Shown: in pieces, positions 44,674-56,830 of the stretch | How positions within the stretch are numbered: position 1 is the first letter of the stretch | How the letters are laid out: each line of letters starts with the position of its first letter | Source: an uncultured Planctomycetota bacterium | GTDB lineage: Bacteria > Planctomycetota > Planctomycetia > Gemmatales > Gemmataceae | DNA length: 64,000 nucleotides | Reading direction: 5' to 3' | NCBI GenBank assembly: GCA_963849325.1 | Contig: CAWKHF010000006.1 | Location: 704,001-768,000 of the forward strand | Program-made: the position numbers and the translations under genes | Notes under the pieces: model-generated | The model's input: only the letters and a program-made list of their open reading frames with translations | Told to the model about the DNA's origin: nothing | The model's database searches: none

Positions 44674-47258
44674 CGGGGACGGCGCTTCCCAACTGCCGCC
44701 CCATCGCTGGTAGAGGTTTTGTAGAAACGTCTCCCAGGCGGCGCGCGTCCGCGTGGGTGGGAACGGCACCGGCTGCCGGGGAGTCTCGGAACTCCATAGG
44801 ATCTCGAACTGTCCGCCCTCGACGATGCGGCCCATGCGCACGACCCGCCAGGTGTACCCCGTGTCGGCGTCGATCCGCACCTTGCCTTCGGGGGCTTCCA
44901 GCGTTCGTCCCTTCATGGCCTGGCGGATGGCGCTCGGCTCGATGCTGCCGGACGACTGCACCGCTTGCGCCCACAGATGAATGCCAAAGTACACGGTCTC
45001 CATCGGATCGGACAGGACGCGCTGCGGGCCGTAGCGTTCGCGGAACATACGGAGGAGCTTCTGGTTTTCCGGCCGATCGATGCTCTGGAAATAGCTCCAG
45101 GCCGCGTAATGGCCGACGCCTTCCTCGCGCAAGCTGCGCAGATCGTTCTCGGCGATACTGAACGACAGAACGGGCGTTTGCTCGGCACGGATGCCGGCCC
45201 GGAGCAAGGCCCGGAAGAAAGCGGCGTTGGTATCGCCGTTGATCGTGTTGAGGATCAGGTCCGGTTTGCTGGCCACGATCTCCTTGATCGCCTCACTTAC
45301 GTCGGTGTCGCCGAAGGGAATGTACTTCTCGCCCACGATCCGCACTTCCGGATACTTTTGCACCTCGTCGCGGATAATCGCGTGGGCGGTGCGCGGAAAA
45401 ACGTAGTCCGAACCGATCAGGAAGAGACGGCGCTTGCGCTGGATTCCCAGCACGTAGCCCAGTGCCGGCACGATCTGCTGGTTGGGGGCCGTCCCCAGGT
45501 ACACGAAGTTTGGCGATTGCTCCAATCCCTCGAACTGCATGGGGTACAACAGCAGATGGTCGTGCTTCTCCACGATGGGGCGGATGGTTTTGCGGCTGGC
45601 CGAACTGCGGCAACCGATGATCGTGCAGACGCGGTCCTCGACGATCAGCTTCTCGGCCAGCTGGGCGAACTTGCGGTTATCGGACTCGCCGTCCGCCACG
45701 ACCGCCTCGACGCGCCGGCCGAGTAGCCCGCCCTGTTTGTTCAGCTCCTCGATGGCCAGCAGGGCCATGTCCGTGGACGGGCCGCCCGTGTTGGACAGGG
45801 GGCCTTGCAGCGAGAACAGAACGCCGATCTTGATGGGCTCCTGGTTCGGAGTCGGGATCGCCGCGGAGGGGCGGAAGCTGCGCCACAGCAGTCCGCCGCC
45901 GAGGAGCAGTACGCCGAGCAAACCGCCGGCCGCCAGCCAGCGCCGGCGTGACGGGAGATGTCCGCCGCGTCCGGGTGTTCGCGCCGGCGCCCTTGTCAGG
46001 GACGCGAACTCGTTGGTCGGCGTATCGCCTTTCTCCAGCGCGCAGCGCCTCGGCGACGGCTCGCGCCGAGGGCGGCCGCTGCCCCGGGTCGCGCGCGAGC
46101 AGCTGATGAATGAGGTTACGCAATCCGGCCGGCACGTCCGGCGCCAGTTCTTCGACCGGACGCGGGTCGCTCACGGCCAGGGCCGTCAGCTGGGCCAACG
46201 TGTCCGGCCCATCGAACGGCAGGATGCCCGTCACGATGCGATAGAGGACGCAGCCGAGACTGAACAGGTCGCAGCGATGGTCCAGTGGCATCCCGCGCCT
46301 GCTCGGGCGCCAGGTAACTCGGCGTGCCGACGATCAGGCCCGTGGCCGTCAGATGGCGCGTGTCGTTGATGGGACGGGCCAGACCGAAATCGAGCACCTT
46401 GACTCGATACAGGTATTCGCAGGACAGGCGAGTGCCGCTCGACGTTCCCTGTTCCGGCGGCGGCGTTTCCAGCCAGAGGTTCGCCGGCTTGATGTCGCGG
46501 TGGATCAATCCGCGGTCGTGCGCCGCGCTCAGGCCCAGGGCGATCTCCCGGCCGATTCGCAAGACTTCGTTCGCCGGCAGCGGGCCGTCGCGCTGGAGAC
46601 GCTGTTCCAGCGATTCGCCGTAGAGGAATTTCATGGCCAGGAACGGCACGTCATTCACCAGGCCCACCTGATAGATGGTGATGATGTACTCGTCGGGGAG
46701 GGCGGCGGCGGCGCGGGCCTCTTGCAGAAAGCGCTCGCGGAAAGACAGGTTGGCGGACAACTCCGGCTTGAGCACCTTCAAGGCGACGCGCCGCTGCAAG
46801 TGCGTGTCGAAGGCGTCGAAGACGAAGCCCATGCCGCCCTCGCCGAGCAGGCGGGTGATGCGATAACCGCCCAGCCAGCCGATTTCGTCCGCCTCGCGCG
46901 GCGGCTCCAGGAAAGAAAATGACGGCTTTGCTTCGGCCGACGGAGCGCCAGGGGCCGCGGGGACACGCTCGCCGCCGGCTCCGGGCAGCATGACCTCGGA
47001 GGACCAGGTTATCGCCGGGGCGGAAGAAAGGGCGGCGGCTTCGCCGGGATTGGTGTCGGCGGCGGGATGCGAAAGCGGCGGCGTCGGCCGGGCGACGGTC
47101 TCCGTCTGAAAGTGCTCCCACAGACGGCGGCAGCCGGCGCAGTCGCGCAGGTGTTCGCGGAGTCGGCCGACCTCCGCTTCGGGCAGCGCACGCAGCAGCA
47201 AGCGGCGCAGGTCGCTGGGAGCGGGACAGCCCGTCTCGGTCGGTGTCGGGTTCATCAT
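44671..47258 (-). CDS. ZAS + Ser/Thr kinase + TM + UrtA/AmiC-like urea/amide-binding domain (indels near 46290, 45950)
   Basis: [80 protein letters not shown]. Confidence 0.87.
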
Positions 47259-47406
47259 ACGGCCCGTGAGGTGAAGTCTTGCTGCAAGTATACTCCGAAA
47301 ACGATGGGGCGAGCAGGCCAGAAGGGGCCGCTTGCGGCTTGGCGAGGGTCCACGCTCGGATCGAATGGTAGTATAACAAGCCAGGAGAGAAAGAAACGAT
47401 TCTCGC

Positions 47407-47832
47407 ATGAGCATTCCAGCAATGTCCGAACCGTGGTACAAGGACGGTCTGCGTTTCACCTGCACGCGCTGCGGCCACTGCTGCACCGGCGAACCGGGCT
47501 TCGTCTGGGTCGATGACGACGACCTGACCGCCATCGCCGCCCAGCGCGGCGAGACGCTCGAAGAGGTCAAGGCGCTGTACACGCGCTGGACCGCGCGCGG
47601 CCGTACCCTCCGCGAAAAGAGCAATGGCGACTGCATCTTCTTCGATCGCAAGGAAGGATGCACCATCTACGCGGTGCGGCCGCCGCAGTGCCGCACCTGG
47701 CCGTTCTGGGACAGCAACGTCGCCACGCCGCAAGCCTGGCAACACACCTGCGCGGTCTGTCCCGGCTCCGGACAGGGCGAATTGATTTCCGTGGAAGAAA
47801 TCACTCGACGCTTGAAGCTCATCCGGCTTTAA
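47407..47832 (+). CDS. YkgJ-family CxxCxxCC cluster protein
   Basis: FTCTRCGHCC, CIFF, CTIYAVRPPQCRTWPFW, CPG. Confidence 0.9.
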   Translation: MSIPAMSEPWYKDGLRFTCTRCGHCCTGEPGFVWVDDDDLTAIAAQRGETLEEVKALYTRWTARGRTLREKSNGDCIFFDRKEGCTIYAVRPPQCRTWPFWDSNVATPQAWQHTCAVCPGSGQGELISVEEITRRLKLIRL

Positions 47833-47951
47833 TGGATAATGTGCTAAGGTTATGGGGACCATGCGTACCCTCCCGCCTCGATGACCCGCCCCGCCGCGCG
47901 AAACCGAAAGCGCCACCCTGATACCCTCCGATGGTCCAAGGAAACGCCTCG

Positions 47952-49841
47952 ATGATCCGGTTGCGGAACCTTCCGCGTTCGAGTTGCGTGCTGGTTGGCC
48001 TGCTGCTCTGCTGGCCCGCGCCGACACGCGCCGCTCCTCCGCCCGCCAAGCCAACCTTTGCCAAAGATGTCGCTCCGCTCGTCAACCAGTATTGCGGCAA
48101 GTGCCACGGCGACAAGAAGCCCAAGGGCGGAGTCGTCCTGACCGTCTTCACCGACGAGGCCTCCGCCCTGAAAAAACGATCCGTGTGGGAGCAGGTCGCC
48201 GACAATCTGCGCTCCGGCGACATGCCGCCGCCCGGCAAACCGCGACCCAGCGCCGCCGAATTGGACGTCCTCAACGCCTGGCTCGACGCCATCGTCTTTC
48301 AGACCGATTGCAACGCCGAGAGGGATCCCGGCCGCGTGACGATCCGCCGACTCAACCGCGCCGAATACAATAACACCATCCGCGACCTCGTCGGCATCGA
48401 CTTCCAGCCGGCCAACGATTTCCCCCAGGACGACGTCGGCTACGGCTTCGATAACATCGGCGACGTGCTGTCGCTGCCGCCGTTGCTGATGGAGAAGTAC
48501 CTCGCCGCCGCCGAAAAGATCGTCGAAAAGGCCCTCGCCTCGCCGGAGGCCCGCAAACGCATTTTCCTCGTCCCGACCCAGAACGAAGAGTCCGCCCGGC
48601 AGATCCTCGAACGCTTCGCCGGCCGGGCGTATCGCCGCTCTCTGCGCGGCGACGAACTGAACCGCCTGATGCGCTTCGTCGAGATGGCGGAGAAGAACCG
48701 CGACGGCTTCGAGACCGGCATCGGCCTGGCCTTGCAGGCCGTCCTCGTCTCGCCGCACTTCCTCTTCCGCGTCGAGATCGATCCACGGCCGGGCGACTCC
48801 AAGGCGATCCATCCCATCAGTCATTACGAGCTGGCGAGCCGGCTGTCGTACTTCCTGTGGAGCAGCATGCCCGACGACGAGCTGTTCGAGCTGGCCCGCA
48901 AGAAGACGCTGCGCGAGCCGGACGTGCTGGAGAAGCAGGTTCGCCGGATGCTCCACGATCCGCGCTCCGCGCCCTGGTGGACAACTTCGCCGGTCAATGG
49001 CTGCAAACGCGCAACTTGCGCGACTTCAAGCCCGATCCCGACCTGTTCCCGAACTTCGACGACAAGCTGCGCTCGGCCATGCTCCGGGAGACGGAGTTGT
49101 TTTTCGAGAACGTCGTCCGCGAGGACCGCAGCATCCTCGACTTCCTCGATGCGGACTATACGTTCGTCAACGAACGGCTGGCGAAACATTATGGTCTGTC
49201 CGGCGTGCAGCGGCGACGCATTCCGCCGTGTGTCCTTGACGGGTACGCCGCGCGGCGGCATCCTTACGCAGGCGGCGGTATTGTCGGTCACGTCCAATCC
49301 GACGCGGACCTCGCCGGTCAAGCGCGGCAAGTGGATCCTGGAGAATATTCTGGGCACGCCGCCACCGCCGCCGCCGCCCGGGGTTGAAGAACTCAAGGAC
49401 GACAAGCAGGCCGTGCTGTCCGGCTCGCTGCGGCAGCGCATGGAGCAGCATCGAGCCAACCCCAATTGTGCCTCGTGCCACCAGCGCATGGACCCGCTCG
49501 GCTTCGGCTTCGAGAACTTCGACGCCATCGGCGCCTGGCGCAGCCGCGAAGGCAAGCACGCCATCGATCCATCCGGCACGCTGCCCAATGGCCAATCGTT
49601 TCGAGGACCGGCCGAGCTGCGGACGATCCTCAAAGGCCGGCAAGACGCCTTCGCCCGCTGCCTGGCCGAGAAGCTGCTGACCTACGCCCTGGGCCGCGGC
49701 GTCGAACGCTACGACCGCTGCGCCCTCGATGACATGGTCAAGGGAGCCAGTCAAGACAACTACAAGTTTTCTCGGCTGATCGTCGAAATCGTCAAGAGCG
49801 ATCCGTTCCAGAAGCGGAGAGGCAAAGGGGGAGTGAAGTGA
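47952..49841 (+). CDS. DUF1592-family cytochrome c protein (compensating indels near 48965, 49205)
   Basis: CGKCH, RRLNRAEYNNTIRDL, LASRLSYFLWSSMPD, RTSPVKRGKW, CASCH. Confidence 0.9.
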   Translation: MIRLRNLPRSSCVLVGLLLCWPAPTRAAPPPAKPTFAKDVAPLVNQYCGKCHGDKKPKGGVVLTVFTDEASALKKRSVWEQVADNLRSGDMPPPGKPRPSAAELDVLNAWLDAIVFQTDCNAERDPGRVTIRRLNRAEYNNTIRDLVGIDFQPANDFPQDDVGYGFDNIGDVLSLPPLLMEKYLAAAEKIVEKALASPEARKRIFLVPTQNEESARQILERFAGRAYRRSLRGDELNRLMRFVEMAEKNRDGFETGIGLALQAVLVSPHFLFRVEIDPRPGDSKAIHPISHYELASRLSYFLWSSMPDDELFELARKKTLREPDVLEKQVRRMLHDPRSAPWWTTSPVNGCKRATCATSSPIPTCSRTSTTSCARPCSGRRSCFSRTSSARTAASSTSSMRTIRSSTNGWRNIMVCPACSGDAFRRVSLTGTPRGGILTQAAVLSVTSNPTRTSPVKRGKWILENILGTPPPPPPPGVEELKDDKQAVLSGSLRQRMEQHRANPNCASCHQRMDPLGFGFENFDAIGAWRSREGKHAIDPSGTLPNGQSFRGPAELRTILKGRQDAFARCLAEKLLTYALGRGVERYDRCALDDMVKGASQDNYKFSRLIVEIVKSDPFQKRRGKGGVK

Positions 49842-51178
49842 AAGACCTGCACCTTTCGCGGCGAACCGTCCTCAAGAGCGTGGGGGCAATGGTCGCCCTG
49901 CCGTGGCTGGAAGCGATGATGCCGCGTACCCTGTTCGGGCGCGGCCGCTTCGACGGCGCCGCGGCGCATGGCGTTCCTGTACGTCCCCAACGGCATCAAC
50001 ATGGCCAACTGGACGCCGGCCGCCGAGGGGGCGCTGACGGCGTTGCCGACGACCTTGAAGCCGCTGGCGCCGTTCCAGAAAGACCTGCTCGTGCTGAGCG
50101 GCCTGACGCTGGACAAGGCCCGGCCTCACGGCGACGGCGGCGGCGACCACGCCCGCGCCATGGCCACCTTCCTGACCGGCCGTCAGCCGCGCAAGACGCA
50201 CGGCGCCGACATCCGCGTCGGCGTCTCGGTCGATCAACTGGCCGCCGGAAAGTCGGCACGGCCACGCGCTTCGCCTCGCTGGAGATCGGCTGCGAGGGCG
50301 GCAAGAACTCCGGCAACTGCGACTCCGGCTACAGCTGCGCCTACTCCGCCAACCTGGCCTGGCGCGACGAGTCGTCGCCGGTGGCCAAGGAAATCAACCC
50401 GCGCCTGGTGTTCGAGCGCCTGTTCTCCGTCCCCGGCAAGGGCGACGACAAGGCCGTGCGCCGCGAGCGCTACAAGCAGAGCATCCTCGATTTCGTCGGC
50501 GAGGATGCCCGCCAGCTCAAGAACCGGCTCGGCGGCACCGATCAGCACAAGCTCGACGAGTACCTCACCGGCGTGCGCGAGATCGAGCAACGCCTGGTTC
50601 GCTTCGAGCAGACGACGGACCTCGCCGCGCCGGCCGGCGCCGCCCGGCCGACCGGCATCCCCAAGGACTACCGCGAGCATCTGCGTCTGATGGCCGACAT
50701 GCTGGTGCTGGCCTTCCAGGCCGACCTGACGCGCGTCGCCACCTTCGTCTTCGCCAACGACGGCAGCAACCGCAGCTACCGCGATTATGGCGTCGCCGAG
50801 GGCCATCACGACATGTCGCACCACGGCGGCAGCATGCAAAAGAAGTCCAAGATCCAGAAGATCAACCAGTTTCACATCGAGCAGGTGGCCTATCTGCTGG
50901 GCAAGCTCCAGGCGGTCAAGGAAGGCAACGGCACGCTGCTGGACAACTCCATGATCGTCTACGGCAGCGGCATCAGCGACGGCAATCGCCACAACCACGA
51001 CGATCTGCCGATCCTGCTGGCCGGCAAGGGCGGCGGCACGCTGAAGACGGGACGCCATCTCCGCTACCCCCGCGAGACGCCGCTGATGAATCTGTATCTG
51101 AACCTGCTCGACCGCATGGGCGTTCGCGTCGATTCCTTCGGCGACAGCACCGGCCGGCTGACGGGGCTGGAAGGATAG
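49838..51178 (+). CDS. DUF1552 family protein (compensating indels)
   Basis: LSRRTVLK..LPWLEAM, YVPNG, CDSGYSCAYS, DGNRHNHDDLP, FGDSTG. Confidence 0.9.
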   Translation: MKDLHLSRRTVLKSVGAMVALPWLEAMMPRTLFGRGRFDGAAAHGVPVRPQRHQHGQLDAGRRGGADGVADDLEAAGAVPERPARAERPDAGQGPASRRRRRRPRPRHGHLPDRPSAAQDARRRHPRRRLGRSTGRRKVGTATRFASLEIGCEGGKNSGNCDSGYSCAYSANLAWRDESSPVAKEINPRLVFERLFSVPGKGDDKAVRRERYKQSILDFVGEDARQLKNRLGGTDQHKLDEYLTGVREIEQRLVRFEQTTDLAAPAGAARPTGIPKDYREHLRLMADMLVLAFQADLTRVATFVFANDGSNRSYRDYGVAEGHHDMSHHGGSMQKKSKIQKINQFHIEQVAYLLGKLQAVKEGNGTLLDNSMIVYGSGISDGNRHNHDDLPILLAGKGGGTLKTGRHLRYPRETPLMNLYLNLLDRMGVRVDSFGDSTGRLTGLEG

Positions 51179-51224
51179 GTGAGTCTCTTCGCGGTCTGCT
51201 GCCTGCGTCCGAGGGAGTCGTTTG

Positions 51225-51497
51225 GTGAGCAACGGCACCACCAAGCCGATTCGCTTGTCCCATCATGCGCGCGGTTATCTCACGCGCCGCGGCTTCACCG
51301 AGGTTGAGGTCGCCGAGACGATTCGCCGGAGCCGATGGCGGCCCACTTCCATTGCTGGCCGCTGGGAGGCATCGTGGGAATTCGGCTACAATAGCGACTG
51401 GAACGGGACGTACTACGCCAGCAAGCGCGTGCGTCCGATCTTCGTGGAGGAAGCGACAGAGATTGTCGTGATTACGGTGTACACGTACTTCTTCTGA
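51225..51497 (+). CDS. DUF4258-like putative toxin
   Basis: LSHHARGYLTRRGFT..IVVITVYTYFF; upstream of the DUF2283 gene. Confidence 0.7.
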   Translation: MSNGTTKPIRLSHHARGYLTRRGFTEVEVAETIRRSRWRPTSIAGRWEASWEFGYNSDWNGTYYASKRVRPIFVEEATEIVVITVYTYFF

Positions 51498-51512
51498 AGG
51501 GGCAAGCCCGTC

Positions 51513-51746
51513 ATGCGAATCCGCTACGACTCCGAAGTCGATGCCCTCAGTATCTCCTTTCGAGACACGACGGTGACGACGCGGGAACTGGCCGAAGGCA
51601 TCTCGGCGGAATACGACGCGCAGGGCCAGCTTGTGGGACTGGAGATCCTAGACGCGGCGAAACGTCTGGGCGACCCCTCCACCATGCAGCAAATCATCCT
51701 GGAGGGGGTGGGCCCCGCCTACCCTATTGCGCCCGTCCTTTCGTGA
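51513..51746 (+). CDS. DUF2283 family protein (putative antitoxin)
   Basis: MRIRYDSEVDALSI..YDAQGQLVGLEILDA. Confidence 0.85.
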   Translation: MRIRYDSEVDALSISFRDTTVTTRELAEGISAEYDAQGQLVGLEILDAAKRLGDPSTMQQIILEGVGPAYPIAPVLS

Positions 51747-51757
51747 GAGGTCAACGG

Positions 51758-52213
51758 ATGTCCGCATCGCTCCGCCGTCAGGTGCTGCAACTCTATGAAG
51801 AAGTCGATGCCGCCGTGGCCGCCGCCGGTCCCGTGTGCGTCGCCAGCGGGCGCTGCTGTCGCTTTAAGGAATACGGCCACGTCCTGTTCCTCAGCAATCT
51901 CGAAGCCGAAGTCCTGCTGCAAGAGGCTCCGGCCTACGACCCGTCAACCGTGACGCCGGATTTTTGCCCCTTTCAACAGGGCAACCTCTGCACGGCCCGG
52001 CAACCGCGACCGCTGGCCTGTCGCGTCTATTATTGCGATCCGAATTATCAAGATACCGGCAACGAAATCACGGAGACCTACCTGCACCGTCTCAAGGAGT
52101 TGGCCCGCATCCATGACGTGCCGTGGCGTTACGCGCCGCTGCACCATTTCCTTCGTCATCCGACAGAAACCAGGGCGGATTTCTCCGAGCCGGAAGGCGA
52201 ACGGCCGGCGTAA
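51758..52213 (+). CDS. Cys-cluster protein, YkgJ-like
   Basis: CVASGRCC, CPF, CTARQPRPLACRVYYC. Confidence 0.75.
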   Translation: MSASLRRQVLQLYEEVDAAVAAAGPVCVASGRCCRFKEYGHVLFLSNLEAEVLLQEAPAYDPSTVTPDFCPFQQGNLCTARQPRPLACRVYYCDPNYQDTGNEITETYLHRLKELARIHDVPWRYAPLHHFLRHPTETRADFSEPEGERPA

Positions 52214-52264
52214 GCCGGCTGGTAGAAGTTAGCCACCAGCCGGCTTACGCCGGCCGTTCGCCTT
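52194..52264. repeat. REP-like palindrome family B (contains the stop codon of the upstream gene)
   Basis: AAGGCGAACGGCCGGCGTAAGCCGGCTGGT / ACCAGCCGGCTTACGCCGGCCGTTCGCCTT. Confidence 0.85.
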
Positions 52265-52279
52265 TCGAGGGTCGGGGCG

Positions 52280-52672
52280 CTAGGGGCGATCTTTCTTCTT
52301 CTCGGTTCGCCGACCCCCTTCGCCCGGAGGCGGTGCATCCGGTCTGGCGTCCGGCCCACCGGGACGCGGCGGACGTAAGGTCTCCAGCTTTTTCCGCTGC
52401 TCGGCGGTGAGGATCTTCTCCAGACGCTGCTTGACTTCCTTCTCCAGCTTGGCGATCTCGGTCCTCTGCTCGCGCGTCAGCTCCAGCTGGTCCACGACGA
52501 AGGGCGGCAGCACCCTGCCCAGTTGGAAGCGCGGTGGGCCGTCCGGCCGGCCGCCCGGCGGCGGACCTTCTCTCTTGCCCTTGTCGCGCCCTTCCGGCGG
52601 CTGGGCGGCCGTCATCACGGCCCCGGTCAGCAGCGCCCCGAGAGCCAGGAGCTTCCACAGCGGTCTTGTCAT
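52280..52672 (-). CDS. Exported LTxxQ-motif (Spy/CpxP-like) hypothetical protein
   Basis: Signal peptide; LELTREQ and ILTAEQ. Confidence 0.7.
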   Translation of the reverse strand: MTRPLWKLLALGALLTGAVMTAAQPPEGRDKGKREGPPPGGRPDGPPRFQLGRVLPPFVVDQLELTREQRTEIAKLEKEVKQRLEKILTAEQRKKLETLRPPRPGGPDARPDAPPPGEGGRRTEKKKDRP

Positions 52673-52935
52673 GGTAGACCTCCTCGCCGGCATGTACCCT
52701 TTCCCGGCGGCCGGATGCCGGCCTGCGGCCGCCCGGAACAACACCCGAGGCATTGTATCCACGCCGACCGAAAGGGGAGATGAAGGATGAAAAAAGAGGG
52801 ATCGAAAGCGGCCATGTTCGGCTCCAGGCCGCCTTGTGCTGGCCCGAAGGACCATCGCCAGCTAGTTTATCGGCACGGGCGGCGTGGGCCGGTTCCCCAA
52901 CGGGAAACAACAGGAATCAACAACAGGAGATTGAA

Positions 52936-53703
<768 letters not shown>

Positions 53704-53974
53704 AGGCGGATTTCCCCACTAGCCCGGACGCCCGGGCTAGTCGGGTGCAACCGATCAGCTTGAGCATTTGCGGAAAAACCCGAAAAACCGTCGATTAAGT
53801 GGTGGACAAGCCCAACAACGGCCGGTACAGTCGGAGCAATCACTAGGATTGATCGCCCGGGTAGGATGGCCCTCCAGGCCGGACCCCCAGGCGGTTACGC
53901 GCAGGGAGAACGTCCTTCGTGCGCACGGAACGGATGCCTGGCTTCTCCTCATTCCTCAACGTCGGAGGATGCCC

Positions 53975-56666
53975 ATGTTTCGCTATCGGTGGATTCACAA
54001 CCTCGCCGGCCTGAACGCGGACATCTGCCGCAAACGATCAACCAAAGCGCGTCGAGCAGTACGGCCACACCTGGAATCGTTGGAAGAACGGTTGGCCCCG
54101 GCCGTCTTCGATGTCAACAGCCTCACGGCGTTGCAGCAGGCCATCAATGCCGTCAACCTGCCCGGCTCGGACGCCTCCAACACCATCGTGCTGGCGCAGG
54201 GCAATTACAACCTGTCGAGTCAACTGTCGATCACCACGGGGCACAGCCTGGTCCTCCAGGGCCAGACCGGCAACGCGGCGAACGTGATCCTTGATGCCGG
54301 CGGCGCCAACAACCGCGCCTTCCTGCTCGGCGCCGGCACCAACGTCACCTTCCAGAACCTGACGATCCAGCACGGCACGGCGCACGACAACGGCATTGCA
54401 CCGAACACGGCGGCGGAGGGCGGCGCCATCCTCGACTGGGGCGGCAACGTCACGCTCAGCAACGTGGTGGTGCAGAACAATCAGGCCGTCGCCGGCGCCG
54501 GCCTGGCGGCCTGTGGCGGCGGCGTCTGGGTCTCGGGCGGGCAGCTCACCATCACGAATAACAGCGTCATCAAAAACAACCAGGCTCTCGGCGGCGGCGG
54601 ATTGAGCGGAGGCACCGGCGGAGCGGCGTCCGGCGGCGGTATCTACGCCGTCAACGACTCCGAGTTGAGCATCAGCGGCAAAAGTGTCGTCAGCGGCAAC
54701 ACAGCTCTGGGAGGCAACGGCGCCGCCGGCGCCAAAGGCATCTCCGCCGGCGCGGGCCAAAACGGCGGTGCCGCCTTCGGCGGCGGCGTATTTGTCTCCA
54801 ATGCCACCACGGCACTGACCCTGAGCCTCAGCGGGGCGACCCTGTCCGGCAACACGGCCAAGGGTGGTTCGGGTGGTCAAGGATTCGCCGGGACGCAGCG
54901 CCGTCGGCGGCCAGAAAACGGGCGGCGGCGGCACCGGCGGCAGCGTGGGTAGTGGCGGCCTGTTCCTCCTCGGTTTCGGAAGTGTCCAGATCGGATCTTC
55001 GAGCCTGTCCGGCAATTTCGCCATGGGCGGAGCGGGCGGCAGTGGCGGGCCGGGAGCGGCCGGCAGCAACGGCGGCCTTGGCGGCAACGGCGGCCTTACC
55101 GGCGGCGGCGGCCTGGAGGCCGTCGCCAGCGGCGGCACGCTCAACATCCAGATCAACTCCTCCTCCACGGTGCAGACCAACACGGTCACGGGAGGCGCCG
55201 GCGGTGCGGCCGGTGCCGGCGCCGGGGGGGGCACGGGCGGCATGGGCGGCGGCGTCGAAGGCGGCGGCGTCCTAACCGGCGCGTTGCCCGGCTCCAACGT
55301 CAAGCTCTCGATCACCAGTTCCACGGTCCAGGGTAACATCGCCACCGCCGGCAGCGGCGGCCTCGGCGGCGCTGCCTTCCTCGGCGGCGCCGGCAGCGGT
55401 GGCGGCGGCGGTTTCGCGGAGGGCGGCGGCGTGTTCTCCTTGGGCGGCGGCTCTTCGACCCTAACTCTTACGACCTCCACGGTGGCCAACAACGTCCTCA
55501 CCAGCGGCGGCGGCGGCCAGGGCGGCCAAGGCCCGACCGGCGCGACGGGCGGCACTGCCGGCTTCGCGTATGGCGGCGGCGTCTATGCCAGCGTCAATAG
55601 CACCTCCGGTAACAGCCTTTTCGCCTCGACCATCTCGGGCAACACCGTCACTGGCGGCATCGGCGGCATCGGCGGCACCGGCACCAGCGGTCCCCGCGGC
55701 GGTCTGGGCGGCACCGGCGGCACCGGCGGCGCCACTCGCGGCGATGGCGTCTATCTCCTCGGCGCCGGCCAGACCCAGTTCATCAACTCGACCCTCGCCT
55801 TCAACAAAGGCACGGCCGGCGCCGGCGGCGCCGGCGGCACGGGTGGCTCGGCGACCGTCAGCACAGCCGGTAACGGCGGCACCGGTGGCACCGGCGGCGC
55901 TTCCCTGGGCGGCGGCGTCTACGTCTCCGGCGCCGGCGGCGCCACTTTCATCAATGTTACCGTCGCCGACAACAAGGCCACGTCAAGCACCGGCGGCGCC
56001 GGCGGCAATCCGGGAGCACCTCCCGGGACCGGCGGCAAGGTCGGCTCGATCGGCGCACCGGGAGGCAGCGGCCTCAGCCAGGGCGGCGGCATCGACAACG
56101 CCGGCAGCAATGTTTTCCTCACCAATACGCTGGTGGCCCTCAACGTCGCCGCCTTCGCCACCGACTTCCTCGGCAGAGCCAACAACAGCGACCACGACTT
56201 GATCGGCGATACCACCGGCAGTTTCGGCTTCAGCACCGCTCACGGCGACATCGGCGGCGGCTTGGGCGGCGTCGCCATTCCGCTCAATCCCGGCCTGGCG
56301 TCGGCGCTGGCCAACAACGGCGGAACGACGCTGACCCTCGCTCTGCTGAGCGGCAGCCCGGCCATCGGCGGCGGCGACACCGCCGCCACGGCGTTCACCG
56401 GGCCGAACGACCAGCGCGGCACGGGCTTCGCTCGCAAGACCAACGGCAAAATCGACATCGGCGCCGTCCAATTCGGCCCGACACCAACACCGACGCCCAC
56501 ACCGACGCCCACACCGACGCCCACACCGACGCCGCACACCCGACACCCAGGTTCCCCGACGCCGACACCCACGCCCACACCGACGCCCACACCGACGCCA
56601 ACCCCGACACCGACGCCCACTCCAACTCCAACGCCAACACCTACTCCCCACGGCAACCACCCCTAA
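53975..56666 (+). CDS. Large Gly-rich surface protein: LEPR-XLL-type leader, beta-helix repeats, choice-of-anchor-Q-like region, Pro-Thr tail (indel near 54900)
   Basis: [24 protein letters not shown] and N.A.GG repeats; [24 protein letters not shown]; (PT)n. Confidence 0.85.
56478..56649 (+). repeat. Coding hexamer repeat (CCNACN)n encoding Pro-Thr
   Basis: CCGACGCCCACA units. Confidence 0.9.
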
Positions 56667-56696
56667 TCGATCCTGGCGACGGGGTGGGAACGAACG

Positions 56697-56737
56697 AGGC
56701 GGCCCGCGGACCACGAAGATCCGCGGGCCGCCTTTCT
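56697..56737 (+). terminator. Probable intrinsic terminator
   Basis: AGGCGGCCCGCGGA / TCCGCGGGCCGCCT followed by TTCT. Confidence 0.6.
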
Positions 56738-56830
56738 GTCCGTTGGCGCATTGCGAGCGAATGATAAAATACAGGCTCCCTTCACCCCGCGCCCTGCGTG
56801 GGACCGCTAACGGTCCCGACGGAGCCACTC

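Noticed and set aside
53704-53974. Riboswitch (c-di-GMP type) in the long leader of the surface protein gene
   Set aside because: Consensus elements were not recognisable by eye; only a short hairpin at 53718-53741. A covariance-model search would be needed.
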